DNA of 64,000 nucleotides, taken from a virus. Of the stretch, positions 49,659-57,875 are shown in pieces (positions within the stretch are counted from its first letter, which is position 1; every line of letters begins with the position of its first letter). The stretch covers positions 41,512 through 105,511 of the IMG/VR virus record IMGVR_UViG_3300038468_000223; one strand, given 5' to 3'. The notes beneath the pieces were generated by a model, which was not told the DNA's origin, searched no databases, and saw nothing but the letters and a program-made list of their open reading frames with translations. The position numbers and the translations under genes were made by a program.

Positions 49659-50123
49659 ATGGGAAGCAAGGTGCAGCAGTTCGTTCCGCAACCGGAACAG
49701 CCGACCACGCGCGGGTCCTCGGCGTTCGCCGCCGCCGCCAACAACGGGCAGGCCATCAACGCGGCCCCGATCGGGCCCGCGGCCGCGGTCCAGACGGGCG
49801 CCGTGGTGGTCACGCCGCACGTCAGCGGCAAGTTCCGCCTGACCGTCAACATCACCGGCGTCACCGACGCCGACGACCTGGTCTCCGGCGCCTTCGCCGC
49901 CGACGGCAACCCGATCAACACGGTCACGCCCCCCGGCGCCGTCGTGCAGTCGGGCGGCGTCGCGCATCGCTTCGGCTTGAACGCCGAGGCGATCACCGCG
50001 GCCTACGCCGTCGGGACGCCGGTCTCGTTCGACTACCGCTTCGACACGTCGGTCGGCATCGGCTCGAACATCACCGTCGGGATCGGCCAGTCCGTCCTCA
50101 CCGTCGAAGAGCTGCCGGGCTGA
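49659..50123 (+). CDS. Beta-rich structural protein, 'EELP' paralog 3
   Basis: PTTRG..AF.A.ANNG.AINAA.IGPA shared with paralog 2. Confidence 0.75.
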   Translation: MGSKVQQFVPQPEQPTTRGSSAFAAAANNGQAINAAPIGPAAAVQTGAVVVTPHVSGKFRLTVNITGVTDADDLVSGAFAADGNPINTVTPPGAVVQSGGVAHRFGLNAEAITAAYAVGTPVSFDYRFDTSVGIGSNITVGIGQSVLTVEELPG

Positions 50124-50125
50124 TC

Positions 50126-50389
50126 ATGATCGTGGCGTTCGACATCCTCGCGCTGTCGTGCGCCACGATCATCTTCACCTGGGGCTCGCTCTTCGAGCGC
50201 CTCCGCGCCCTCTACCCCAAGATGCTCAACTGCCCGCTCTGCTGCGGGTTCTGGATCGGCCTCGGCGGCCACGTCCTGCGCTACAAGATGCAGACCGTCG
50301 TCGTCGACGCCTTCTACAGCGCCTGCGTGACGAGCGTGCTGGCGCTCGGGCTGTCGCTCGTCTTCGATCGACTGGTCGTCAAGTCATGA
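50126..50389 (+). CDS. DUF1360-like small membrane protein
   Basis: MLNCPLCCGFWIG plus TM helices. Confidence 0.6.
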   Translation: MIVAFDILALSCATIIFTWGSLFERLRALYPKMLNCPLCCGFWIGLGGHVLRYKMQTVVVDAFYSACVTSVLALGLSLVFDRLVVKS

Positions 50390-50859
50390 GCGACGACTAC
50401 AACTACATCCTCGGTGCCGTGCTCGCGATGGGGGGAGCGCCGCCAGAAGGGCGAGAGCTGCCGTTCGACACGCTCGTACTCTGCGCGCTGGAGCACCAGC
50501 CTCCTTCGCTCTGGTTCCCGAACACCCGCGTGATGCGGGTCATGCTCGACGACTCCGGGCCGCCCCCGACGCAGACCGAGATCCTGGCGGCAGTCGCCAT
50601 GGGACGAGAGGTCGCGCGACAGCTCCGGCACGGACGACGCGTGCTCGTGACGTGCTGGAAGGGGAGGAACCGATCGGGTCTCGTGACCGGCATCGCCCTA
50701 CTCGAGCTGGGTCTGTCGTGCCGCGCAGCGTTCTTCAACATCCGCTACGCGCGCGGTCTGAAGGCGCTCAACAACGAGCATTTCGTAGAGGTTCTGAGGC
50801 GCTACCGACCACATTCTGCGCTAGAGTTGGTCAATGACCGTCCTCGACACCATCCGTGA
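50386..50859 (+). CDS. Dual-specificity/tyrosine protein phosphatase
   Basis: LDD acid loop; VLVTCWKGRNRSG (CX5R); IR.AR; N..F. Confidence 0.85.
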   Translation: MSDDYNYILGAVLAMGGAPPEGRELPFDTLVLCALEHQPPSLWFPNTRVMRVMLDDSGPPPTQTEILAAVAMGREVARQLRHGRRVLVTCWKGRNRSGLVTGIALLELGLSCRAAFFNIRYARGLKALNNEHFVEVLRRYRPHSALELVNDRPRHHP

Positions 50860-51358
50860 GTACGCCGGCTACCTGGGGGTGGCCGGTGGCGGTGTCGCAG
50901 CGGAGATCTACAGGCGGTTTCGGCGCGCAGAGGCCCTCGCCAAGCAGGCGAACAAGAAGGCCGGCGACGCGATCGACAAGGCGAACGAGGCGATCACGTC
51001 GACTAAAACTCTAGCCGTAACGTTCGATCAACTACGACACGGTTTCCGACTCGAAGTTACGCAGTTCAAAGACGAGATCGAGAACCGCATCAACGCGATC
51101 GTGCGCGGCAGTCGTCCTGATCAGATCTTTGATCAGAGGCAAATCGATGAACTAGGAAAAGACATCGAGAAGCTTCACAAGATCTGCGACGAACTGAAGC
51201 AGGACATGCTCCGCGAACGCGGTCAACGCCACGCGCTACAAAAGGACATTCAGGAGCGTAGCCAAAAGGAAGCAGAATCATGGAGACACCTCGAAAGGAC
51301 TCTTGGAAGGATCGAGACGACGATCGAGATGCTCAAGACGCATCCACCGACGAGATGA
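50834..51358 (+). CDS. N-terminal TM, coiled-coil protein
   Basis: Hydrophobic N-terminus then heptads. Confidence 0.55.
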   Translation: MTVLDTIREYAGYLGVAGGGVAAEIYRRFRRAEALAKQANKKAGDAIDKANEAITSTKTLAVTFDQLRHGFRLEVTQFKDEIENRINAIVRGSRPDQIFDQRQIDELGKDIEKLHKICDELKQDMLRERGQRHALQKDIQERSQKEAESWRHLERTLGRIETTIEMLKTHPPTR

Positions 51359-51476
51359 ACGAATCGGACGTCTACGACAAGCTCAAGATGTGCGAGTCGG
51401 CGCGCGCCAGTGCGCTCTCGAAAGCGAACGCACTTCTCGACGTGACCATCACTGCGGCAGCAAAGGAGTGAGCGGC

Positions 51477-51875
51477 ATGGACGACATCAAGCAGTACCTC
51501 GTGGACGACAAGAAGCTCGCCATCTTCATCGGGGCGCTCGTCATCGGGATGGTCGTGCGCCTGCTCAAGAGCGACGTGAAGGGACCCTCGATCGACCCGC
51601 GCTGGCGCATGCTCGCGGTGTGGATCCTCGGCGTCGGGCAGATGGTCCTGAACTACGGCCTGCACATGTCGTGGAAGCAGGCCGCCGAGTACGCGGTGGT
51701 CTCCGCGCTGATGGCGGTGGCGGGACACGAGACCATCATCGAGTGGTGGCGCGACGGCAAGGAGCTGCCCCTACCGGGCCTGATGGTCGCGCCATCGAAC
51801 GACAACGCGACGCCGACCAACAGCGTCGACGCGAAGAAGGATCCGCCCCCGCAAGACTCGAACAAGGCGGCATGA
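51477..51875 (+). CDS. Holin-like membrane protein
   Basis: Three TM helices, charged C-terminal tail. Confidence 0.5.
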   Translation: MDDIKQYLVDDKKLAIFIGALVIGMVVRLLKSDVKGPSIDPRWRMLAVWILGVGQMVLNYGLHMSWKQAAEYAVVSALMAVAGHETIIEWWRDGKELPLPGLMVAPSNDNATPTNSVDAKKDPPPQDSNKAA

Positions 51876-51900
51876 ACGACGAGGGGCACAGGAGGTCGTG

Positions 51901-52134
51901 ATGAGCGAGAAGAAGGTGGGCGAGATGGTGGCGGGAGCCCTGGTGGGCGTGCTGCGCGACGTAGCGGTGAAGGCGGTGGGGGCGGCAGTCGAGAGCGTGC
52001 TCGAGGACGTGTCCAAGGGGCTGCAGTCGACCGACGAGAAGGTCGCGCGCACGCGCCGCAAGGTGGCGAAGACCACGCGCCGCCGCAAGGTCATCGACGT
52101 CGAGGTCGTCGACGCCGGCGAGAAGAGGCACTGA
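51901..52134 (+). CDS. Hypothetical protein
   Basis: GGAGG SD. Confidence 0.55.
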   Translation: MSEKKVGEMVAGALVGVLRDVAVKAVGAAVESVLEDVSKGLQSTDEKVARTRRKVAKTTRRRKVIDVEVVDAGEKRH

Positions 52135-52508
52135 TGCGCCGGCGCCCCAAGGTCCGGCACATGTCGGAGCCCGCGGTCTTGCGGCGGGTGACCTACTTCT
52201 ACCCGCGCGCCGACGCGGGCGGTGTCCTGCACGGCGAGGCGCTCGCGATGCCGCAGGGGACGCAGCTCGTGATCATCGAGCAGCGCGGTCACCGCTACCT
52301 CGCCATGACGGAGCGCGCGCACCAGAAGTGGTGGGCGTGGCTCGAGGTGGACGCGTTCAGGACCGAGTTCCCGAACCCCATCTCGCGCCCGCTCGGGGCG
52401 GCGCTCGTGTTCGGCGCCGGCGTCGGAGCCGGCGTCCTGCTCACGATGATCCTCAACAGCGCGACGAAGGCGCAGGCGCCTTCGACGGCCGTCACCGTTC
52501 GGAGCTGA
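52134..52508 (+). CDS. Single-TM protein (PNP before TM)
   Basis: TGATG overlap; EFPNPISRPLGAALVFGAG. Confidence 0.6.
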   Translation: MRRRPKVRHMSEPAVLRRVTYFYPRADAGGVLHGEALAMPQGTQLVIIEQRGHRYLAMTERAHQKWWAWLEVDAFRTEFPNPISRPLGAALVFGAGVGAGVLLTMILNSATKAQAPSTAVTVRS

Positions 52509-52510
52509 CC

Positions 52511-53158
52511 ATGCCGCTCTCCATCGATCGTTCGTACCCACGCTGGCGCCGGATGGAGCGCGACCTGACGCGCTACTACGAGGAGTGCGCGTCGAGCGCG
52601 CCGGCGAGGTTCCGCGGCAAGCGGCGCAAGAGCTACTGCGCCGGCGTGGCGTGGAAGCGCCTCAAGATGGCGGGGCGCTACCGCGACTACCCGGGCTTCG
52701 GGCGCGCGGCGGCCGAAGGCCGCGAGAACCCCCTCCCCTCCAAGACCAAGGACGCGCTCATCGCGACCGCGGTCATCGCCGGGGGCTTCGGCCTGATCCT
52801 CTACATGATCTCGAAGCTGCCGAAGAAGGCGCCGGCTCCGCCGCAGCCCTCTCCTCTTCCCGCGACGACGCCCACGGGCATCCCGGTCGTCCTCACCGAG
52901 CCGACCTACTACGTGCACCAGCGCCTCATCGACAGCCTCGACACGCAGGCGATGCGGTGCACCCTCCCCATGTTCGTATTCGCCGGGCCGAAGTCCGCGG
53001 CCGACGCCCTCGCGCGCCAGCTCACGACGCGCGCGCCGATCGGGGGGAGCGGCATGGTCGCCGTCTCGGTCGCCTCGCCGGCCGTCGAGCCGACGTGCAA
53101 CTGGCGCCGGGTCTGCCTCGCCGACGGCTCGTGCGTCGGCGCGGTCGGTCTCGGCTGA
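52511..53158 (+). CDS. TM protein with ChaB-like N-terminal module
   Basis: CAGVAWKR...GRY.DYPGF, GRENP, TM, ends AVGLG. Confidence 0.65.
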   Translation: MPLSIDRSYPRWRRMERDLTRYYEECASSAPARFRGKRRKSYCAGVAWKRLKMAGRYRDYPGFGRAAAEGRENPLPSKTKDALIATAVIAGGFGLILYMISKLPKKAPAPPQPSPLPATTPTGIPVVLTEPTYYVHQRLIDSLDTQAMRCTLPMFVFAGPKSAADALARQLTTRAPIGGSGMVAVSVASPAVEPTCNWRRVCLADGSCVGAVGLG

Positions 53159-53169
53159 AGGAGGTCCTC

Positions 53170-53547
53170 GTGGTCGGCAAGGTCGTCGCGGCAGCAGCGA
53201 TCGGGGGCGTCACCGGGTGGCTGCTCGAGAACCTGCTGTTCGGGCGGCGCAACTCGAACCTGTTCGGCGGCCGGGAGGTGCCCTTCCTGCCGGTCTACGC
53301 CGTGGGGGCGGCCGCGGTCGTCGCCGCCGCCCCGCACCTGCGCGAGCTGCCCGCGGTCGCGCGCGCGGGCGTCTACGCGGGCGGCCTCTCGCTCCTCGAA
53401 CTCGCGGCCTGCGGCGCGGACCGCGAGCTTGGCCCCGCGTCCTGGGACTACGGCAACGGGGGCTGCGTAGACGTCCCCCACGCCATCACCTGGGGCGCGC
53501 TCGGCCTCGCCCTCGACGCCCTCACGACCAGTGAGCCTCGACGTTAG
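53170..53547 (+). CDS. CmpB/TMEM229-like membrane protein
   Basis: GWLLE, PFLPVYA.G, WDY, WG motifs. Confidence 0.6.
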   Translation: MVGKVVAAAAIGGVTGWLLENLLFGRRNSNLFGGREVPFLPVYAVGAAAVVAAAPHLRELPAVARAGVYAGGLSLLELAACGADRELGPASWDYGNGGCVDVPHAITWGALGLALDALTTSEPRR

Positions 53548-53555
53548 GAGAATCC

Positions 53556-54435
53556 ATGGATCCGATTCAGCAGACGAATCAGACGGCCGAAGAGGCGTTG
53601 TTCCTGGCACAGATGATGATGGCGCGCCTGTCGGGACGATCGGGCTCGAAGCTCTTCGTCTACCGCCCCGGCGGAGCGACGCTGCGAGACCAGAACGTCT
53701 TCGCCGACTGGAACGACCTCGAAGAGGTCCGGTCGCAGACCGTCGGTCCGAAGATCGTCCAGATCGACGACACCATCGTGTCGCCGGCAGTGATTCCTGT
53801 CGGCGTCTACGACATGGAGTCGACGACCCTCGTCGGCGACCTCGAGCGCGTGCACGCCGGCGTCAACGTGCTCTGCGACATCTCCGACGGCGCTCGTCTC
53901 GAGAACCTCGGCGACGTCGCGAACGGGCTCACCCTCACGTCGCACAGCACGACGGTGCCGGTGCACACGATGTCGGCAAACGACTTGCTCATCGTCGAGC
54001 GCGGAGCGGTCGTCCAGAACGCGCCGGGGTCGACGGTGTTCTTCAAGCTGCCGAACGGTGCGCAGGCGATCATCGTCTCGTACCTCGGCGGTCAGCTCGG
54101 CGGTGGGACGGGCGTCCCCTTCCTCAGCATCGACGCGGGCGGCGTCGCCACCGTCCTCCTCCTTCTCGGTGCTCGCCAACAACGTCATCGTGGGCGGTGG
54201 CACGGCCGGCATCATCGTGACGTCGCAGAGCGCGTTCGTTCAGACGCCGTTCCCGATCGTGCAGGGAGGGATCGCCGCACTCACCACGACGATCTACAGC
54301 TTCGCCAACTACACCGGCTTCCAGGGGCTGAACGCGGCTCCGTGGACGGCGCCGCCCCCGACGAACGTCGAAGACGCGATCAATCGCATGGCGGCGCTGC
54401 TTCAGGTCTTGAACGGTGGCGCGACCATTCCGTGA
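53556..54435 (+). CDS. Structural protein split by a +1 frameshift near 54160
   Basis: Frame 53556 is protein-like to ..ATVLL; frame 54058 continues FSVLANN...W..PPPTNVEDAINRMAA. Confidence 0.6.
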
Positions 54436-54447
54436 TAGGATTCGATC

Positions 54448-54723
54448 ATGAAGAAACTCATCGCGATCGTGTTCACCTCCGTCCTCGTGTTCGCTCAGGG
54501 TTGTACCAAGGAGCAACTCACGAAGGCCGAGCAGACCGTCTACGACATGCGGGCCGACCAGTTCGCCTGCGTCCTCGTCGCGAACCTCACGAGCGAGGAC
54601 GACGTCATGAAGTTCTGCCAGCTCGAGGAGCGCCTGCGGCCGCAGGTGCATCAGGTCTTCGTCGGCAAGGCGGCCGCCCGGCACGCCGAGGAGGCCGCGG
54701 CGGCGGCGCACAAGGGGCAGTGA
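54448..54723 (+). CDS. Lipoprotein
   Basis: MKKLIAIVF...AQGC lipobox. Confidence 0.7.
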   Translation: MKKLIAIVFTSVLVFAQGCTKEQLTKAEQTVYDMRADQFACVLVANLTSEDDVMKFCQLEERLRPQVHQVFVGKAAARHAEEAAAAAHKGQ

Positions 54724-55448
54724 TGGGACGCCGCGGGTTCGGACTCAAGCTGGAGGCGCCGGTAGGGTTGCCGCTGCGGCCGCACCTCGGCGCCGCCGGC
54801 GATCCGATTCCGTCATCGGCCTCCATCGAAGACCTCGTCGACAAGGTCCGCGATCAGGGTCCGACCGAGGCGTGCGTGGCCTTCTGGCTCGGCGGCTCCC
54901 TCGAGATCGAGGCGCGCGCGCAGGGCATCGACCTCGGCGGCGAGATCTCGCGCCGCGGCCTGTACACGATGGCGCGCGAAGAGGAGGGGCTCTCCATCGT
55001 CGACACGGGGAGTCTCCCCTCGCTCGCCGTCTTTTCGGCGCAGAAGCGCGGCATCGTCTCCGAGCTGCGCTGGCCGTGGTCGGTGGCCGACATCAACGAG
55101 CTTTTGCCCTGGGACGTCTTCCAGCACGCGGTGAGGGTGACCGGCATCTACCGCGCCGAGGATCTCGGCGCCGTGCAGCTCGCGATCGTCAAGCGCCGCC
55201 CCGTCGGCTTCGACATGGTCGTGGACGAGTCCTACTACCACTACACGGGCGGCCTCTACGTGCCCGGCGGCAGGGTCCTCGGGCGGCACATGCAGACGAT
55301 CGTCGGCTACGAGCCCGGTCGCTACCGCGTGCTCGGGTCCTGGGGGCCCGACTTCGGTGAGAAGGGGTACGCCTGGGTTCCGGAGAGCATCGTCGACATC
55401 GCGACGAGCCGCTACGTCGTGAGCATCGCTCCGCAGGGGGTCGAATGA
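54723..55448 (+). CDS. Papain-like (C1A) cysteine peptidase
   Basis: VRDQGPTEACVAF, GRHMQTIVGY, GSWG.DFGEKGY (Gly in place of the usual Asn). Confidence 0.85.
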   Translation: MGRRGFGLKLEAPVGLPLRPHLGAAGDPIPSSASIEDLVDKVRDQGPTEACVAFWLGGSLEIEARAQGIDLGGEISRRGLYTMAREEEGLSIVDTGSLPSLAVFSAQKRGIVSELRWPWSVADINELLPWDVFQHAVRVTGIYRAEDLGAVQLAIVKRRPVGFDMVVDESYYHYTGGLYVPGGRVLGRHMQTIVGYEPGRYRVLGSWGPDFGEKGYAWVPESIVDIATSRYVVSIAPQGVE

Positions 55449-55717
55449 AGACGATCGTTCTCGTCCTGCTCCTCGTCGTCGCTTGCGCGCCGTCGCCGGC
55501 CCCTCCGCCGCCGCTCGTACTCAGTGGGACGCCCTGCGAGCGGGCCTGCACGAACCTGCGCGCCGCGGGCTGCCCCGAGGGCGACGAGGTCAAGGGGCGC
55601 ACGTGCGAGACCGTCTGCGAGGAGAACGCGACGCTGCTCAACGTGAGCTGCATCGCGAGCGTCGAGCCGAAGCCGGAGAAGATCCGCGCCTGCGGGCGTG
55701 TTCGCTGCATGAAGTGA
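55445..55717 (+). CDS. Cys-rich lipoprotein
   Basis: VVAC lipobox; CERAC.NL...GC. Confidence 0.7.
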   Translation: MKTIVLVLLLVVACAPSPAPPPPLVLSGTPCERACTNLRAAGCPEGDEVKGRTCETVCEENATLLNVSCIASVEPKPEKIRACGRVRCMK

Positions 55718-55721
55718 CCCC

Positions 55722-56267
55722 ATGACCTGGACCAAGCTCACCCCCGAGGCGCCCATCTCGACGTTCGAGGGACCGATGTACCCGCTCGTGATGGGGCGCA
55801 CCTACCGTGGCACACTCACGCTTCCCGAGTTCAGGAGCGGGGTGCCGCAAACCTACGAGCCGTACCTGATCTCGGCCCTGACGGCGGCCTTCGCCGCGTA
55901 CGGCAACCCGACGCTCTGGCAGGCCGATCAGCAGCCCAAGGACTGGCCGGCGGAAGACGACGTGCCGACGACGGCGTCCGTCATCCGGTTCCAGCTCGTG
56001 ACGTTCCGAGATGGGGTCTTGCGAGGGCGCCTCCCGATCCCGCTCCCCAACACGCAGCCGGCACGGATCAACTACCTCTGGCGCCTCGACGAGACGACGC
56101 CCGTGACGCCGGCGCCGACTGCGCCCGCGACGCCGACCACGCCGCCAGCGACGCCGGTGAAGGGCTCGGGCGGGTGGGGCGCACTCTTCGCGCTCGCCGC
56201 GGTCGTCGCCGGGACCGGGGCGGTGGTGATGTACGTTCGATCTCAGCGACGTCTTCGACCCGCGTGA
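55722..56267 (+). CDS. C-terminally TM-anchored putative virion protein
   Basis: GRTYRGTLTLP/PKDWP, P/T linker, TM. Confidence 0.65.
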   Translation: MTWTKLTPEAPISTFEGPMYPLVMGRTYRGTLTLPEFRSGVPQTYEPYLISALTAAFAAYGNPTLWQADQQPKDWPAEDDVPTTASVIRFQLVTFRDGVLRGRLPIPLPNTQPARINYLWRLDETTPVTPAPTAPATPTTPPATPVKGSGGWGALFALAAVVAGTGAVVMYVRSQRRLRPA

Positions 56268-56281
56268 TGTCAGGTTCCGCC

Positions 56282-56309
56282 TTGACAGTCGTCGAATAAG
56301 GCATAGGGT
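56282..56309 (+). promoter_or_regulatory. Sigma70-type promoter of the tRNA array
   Basis: TTGACA-16 nt-TAGGGT. Confidence 0.8.
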
Positions 56310-56316
56310 CAACACG

Positions 56317-56412
56317 ATGGCACTGAGCTGGCGCTCCCACAAACAGACCTCGTTGCTTCCAGCGACGACGTCGACGTATGCCGGCCAGGATTTCAACCCG
56401 GAGACCGGATAG
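56317..56412 (+). CDS. Leaderless 31-aa leader peptide MALSWRSHKQTSLLPATTSTYAGQDFNPETG
   Basis: ATG 7 nt after the -10 box; stop overlaps antiterminator strand. Confidence 0.65.
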   Translation: MALSWRSHKQTSLLPATTSTYAGQDFNPETG

Positions 56413-56475
56413 GGAGCGGCAGAGCGCCCACGCGAGGCCGCTCCCGGGAGACCGAGAGCGGCCTTCGACGTTTCT
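56412..56475 (+). terminator. Attenuator (alternative antiterminator/terminator hairpins)
   Basis: GGGAGCGGC (56412-20) pairs with GCCGCTCCC (56437-45), which alternatively forms AGGCCGCTC..GAGCGGCCT (56435-64); weak U tract. Confidence 0.65.
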
Positions 56476-56555
56476 GGAGCGTGACCAGGGCATGGAGCCC
56501 AAGCCGGCTGTAACCCGGTGGCCGATGGCGAGTGGTTCGAATCCACCACGCTCCA
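56476..56555 (+). tRNA. tRNA-Tyr(GTA)
   Basis: Loop CTGTAAC, long variable arm, TTCGAAT. Confidence 0.85.
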
Positions 56556-56621
56556 CGAGGAAAGAACGATGGGACTCAAACGCAAGCTCGTGCCGGCGAG
56601 GGCCGGCATGCAGACCAAGGA

Positions 56622-56694
56622 GGACTCCTAGCTCAATCGGCAGAGCAACCGGCTTTTACCCGGGAGGTTGCGGGATCGTTGCCCGCGGGGTCCA
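56622..56694 (+). tRNA. tRNA-Lys(TTT)
   Basis: Loop CTTTTAC; atypical T loop. Confidence 0.8.
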
Positions 56695-56701
56695 CGCAGA
56701 T

Positions 56702-56774
56702 GGATCCGTGGCGCAGTTGGTAGCGCAGCCGGCTCTTACCCGGAAGGTTGAGGGTTCGACCCCCTCCGGATCCA
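56702..56774 (+). tRNA. tRNA-Lys(CTT)
   Basis: Loop CTCTTAC. Confidence 0.9.
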
Positions 56775-56778
56775 CTAT

Positions 56779-56852
56779 TCCGGCCTCGTTCAATGGCAGG
56801 ACGGCAGCTTCTGAAGCTGCTCATCGGGGTTCGATTCCCCGGGCCGGGACCA
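56779..56852 (+). tRNA. tRNA-Gln(CTG)
   Basis: Loop TTCTGAA, CCA encoded. Confidence 0.9.
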
Positions 56853-56950
56853 AGCACTTCGTTCGTTGACAACCTGACGGGACCTGGCGCGGCGTCGCGC
56901 CTCTCTCGAGATCCATCAGGCGCGCCGCCGTCGTGGCGGCGCGCGTTCGT

Positions 56951-57022
56951 TCCGGGGTAGCACAATGGTCGTGCGTGCGTCTGTTCAACGCGAAGATGGG
57001 GGTTCGATTCCCTCCTCCGGAG
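56951..57022 (+). tRNA. tRNA-Asn(GTT)
   Basis: TCCGGGG acceptor, G73; loop CTGTTCA. Confidence 0.85.
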
Positions 57023-57025
57023 CTT

Positions 57026-57097
57026 GGTGACGAAGCTCAATGGCCGAGCAAGGGCCTGTTAGACCCGAGGAAGAAGGTCCGATTCCTTCCGTCACCG
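57026..57097 (+). tRNA. tRNA with GTT anticodon (Asn-like, atypical)
   Basis: Acceptor GGTGACG/CGTCACC, loop CTGTTAG, weak anticodon stem. Confidence 0.6.
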
Positions 57098-57102
57098 CTC
57101 TC

Positions 57103-57171
57103 GCCGACGACCCCATGGCGGGACCTCGCCTCGTAAGCGGGACCGATCGCGTTCGATTCGCGACGTCGGCT
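57103..57171 (+). tRNA. tRNA-Thr(CGT)
   Basis: Loop CTCGTAA. Confidence 0.8.
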
Positions 57172-57181
57172 CTCAGTAAAT

Positions 57182-57254
57182 GTCCTCGTCTTCTAGTGGT
57201 CCAGGACGCTAGGTTTTCACCCTGGCAACGCGGGTTCGATTCCCGCCGAGGACA
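57182..57254 (+). tRNA. tRNA-Glu(TTC)
   Basis: Loop TTTTCAC. Confidence 0.85.
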
Positions 57255-57262
57255 CTCATCAT

Positions 57263-57335
57263 GCCCCCATCGACTTCTGGTGAGGTCGTCGGCCTCTCAA
57301 GCCGACCAGGCTCGGTTCGATTCCGACTGGGGGTA
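57263..57335 (+). tRNA. tRNA-Glu(CTC)
   Basis: Loop CTCTCAA. Confidence 0.85.
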
Positions 57336-57347
57336 CTGTCAGTAAAC

Positions 57348-57422
57348 GCATGGAGAGCAAGTCTGGTGATTGCGGTTGGCTGAAAACCGACAGAACTCGG
57401 TTCGATCCCGAGTCCATGCACC
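57348..57422 (+). tRNA. tRNA-Phe(GAA)
   Basis: Loop CTGAAAA. Confidence 0.85.
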
Positions 57423-57483
57423 GTCTGGATCGAGACGCTTGCGACTCGTGCAACTCTTTCGAGAGTTGCTCTAGACGATCCTA

Positions 57484-57559
57484 CGGGGTGTAGCCCAGTG
57501 GAAAGGCGCCTGCTTCGGGAGCAGGAGATGCGCGAGTTCGATTCTCGCCGCCCCGACCA
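57484..57559 (+). tRNA. tRNA-Pro(CGG)
   Basis: Loop TTCGGGA, CCA. Confidence 0.9.
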
Positions 57560-57563
57560 AAAA

Positions 57564-57635
57564 CAGCGTGTAGCGCAACGGTAGCGCGCTTCGTTGGGGA
57601 CGAAGAGGCAGCGGGTTCGATTCCCGCCACGCTGA
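57564..57635 (+). tRNA. tRNA-Pro(GGG)
   Basis: Loop TTGGGGA. Confidence 0.9.
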
Positions 57636-57727
57636 CTGACGTGTTCGGCCGAGGAGATCCTACACGCTGGCGCAAGCCATCCTCTTTGGAATGAGACCTC
57701 GCGGTCTCCTCACTCGAACGCGTTTCT

Positions 57728-57803
57728 CGGGGAGTAGCACAGATGGAAGTGCACGAGCTTTGGGTGCTCGTCGTCGCGGGTTCGAATCCCGTCTCCCCGA
57801 CCA
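57728..57803 (+). tRNA. tRNA-Pro(TGG)
   Basis: Loop TTTGGGT, CCA. Confidence 0.9.
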
Positions 57804-57875
57804 GGCGTGGTGCGCCAATCCGGATCGGCCTACTCGGACGCGAGTAGGTTGGTGGCGCACCATGCCTCCGTACAT

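Noticed and set aside
53556-55448. 630-aa single protein in the ORF track
   Set aside because: The middle is out-of-frame shadow over a frameshifted tail and a lipoprotein gene; the peptidase has its own TGATG-coupled start at 54723
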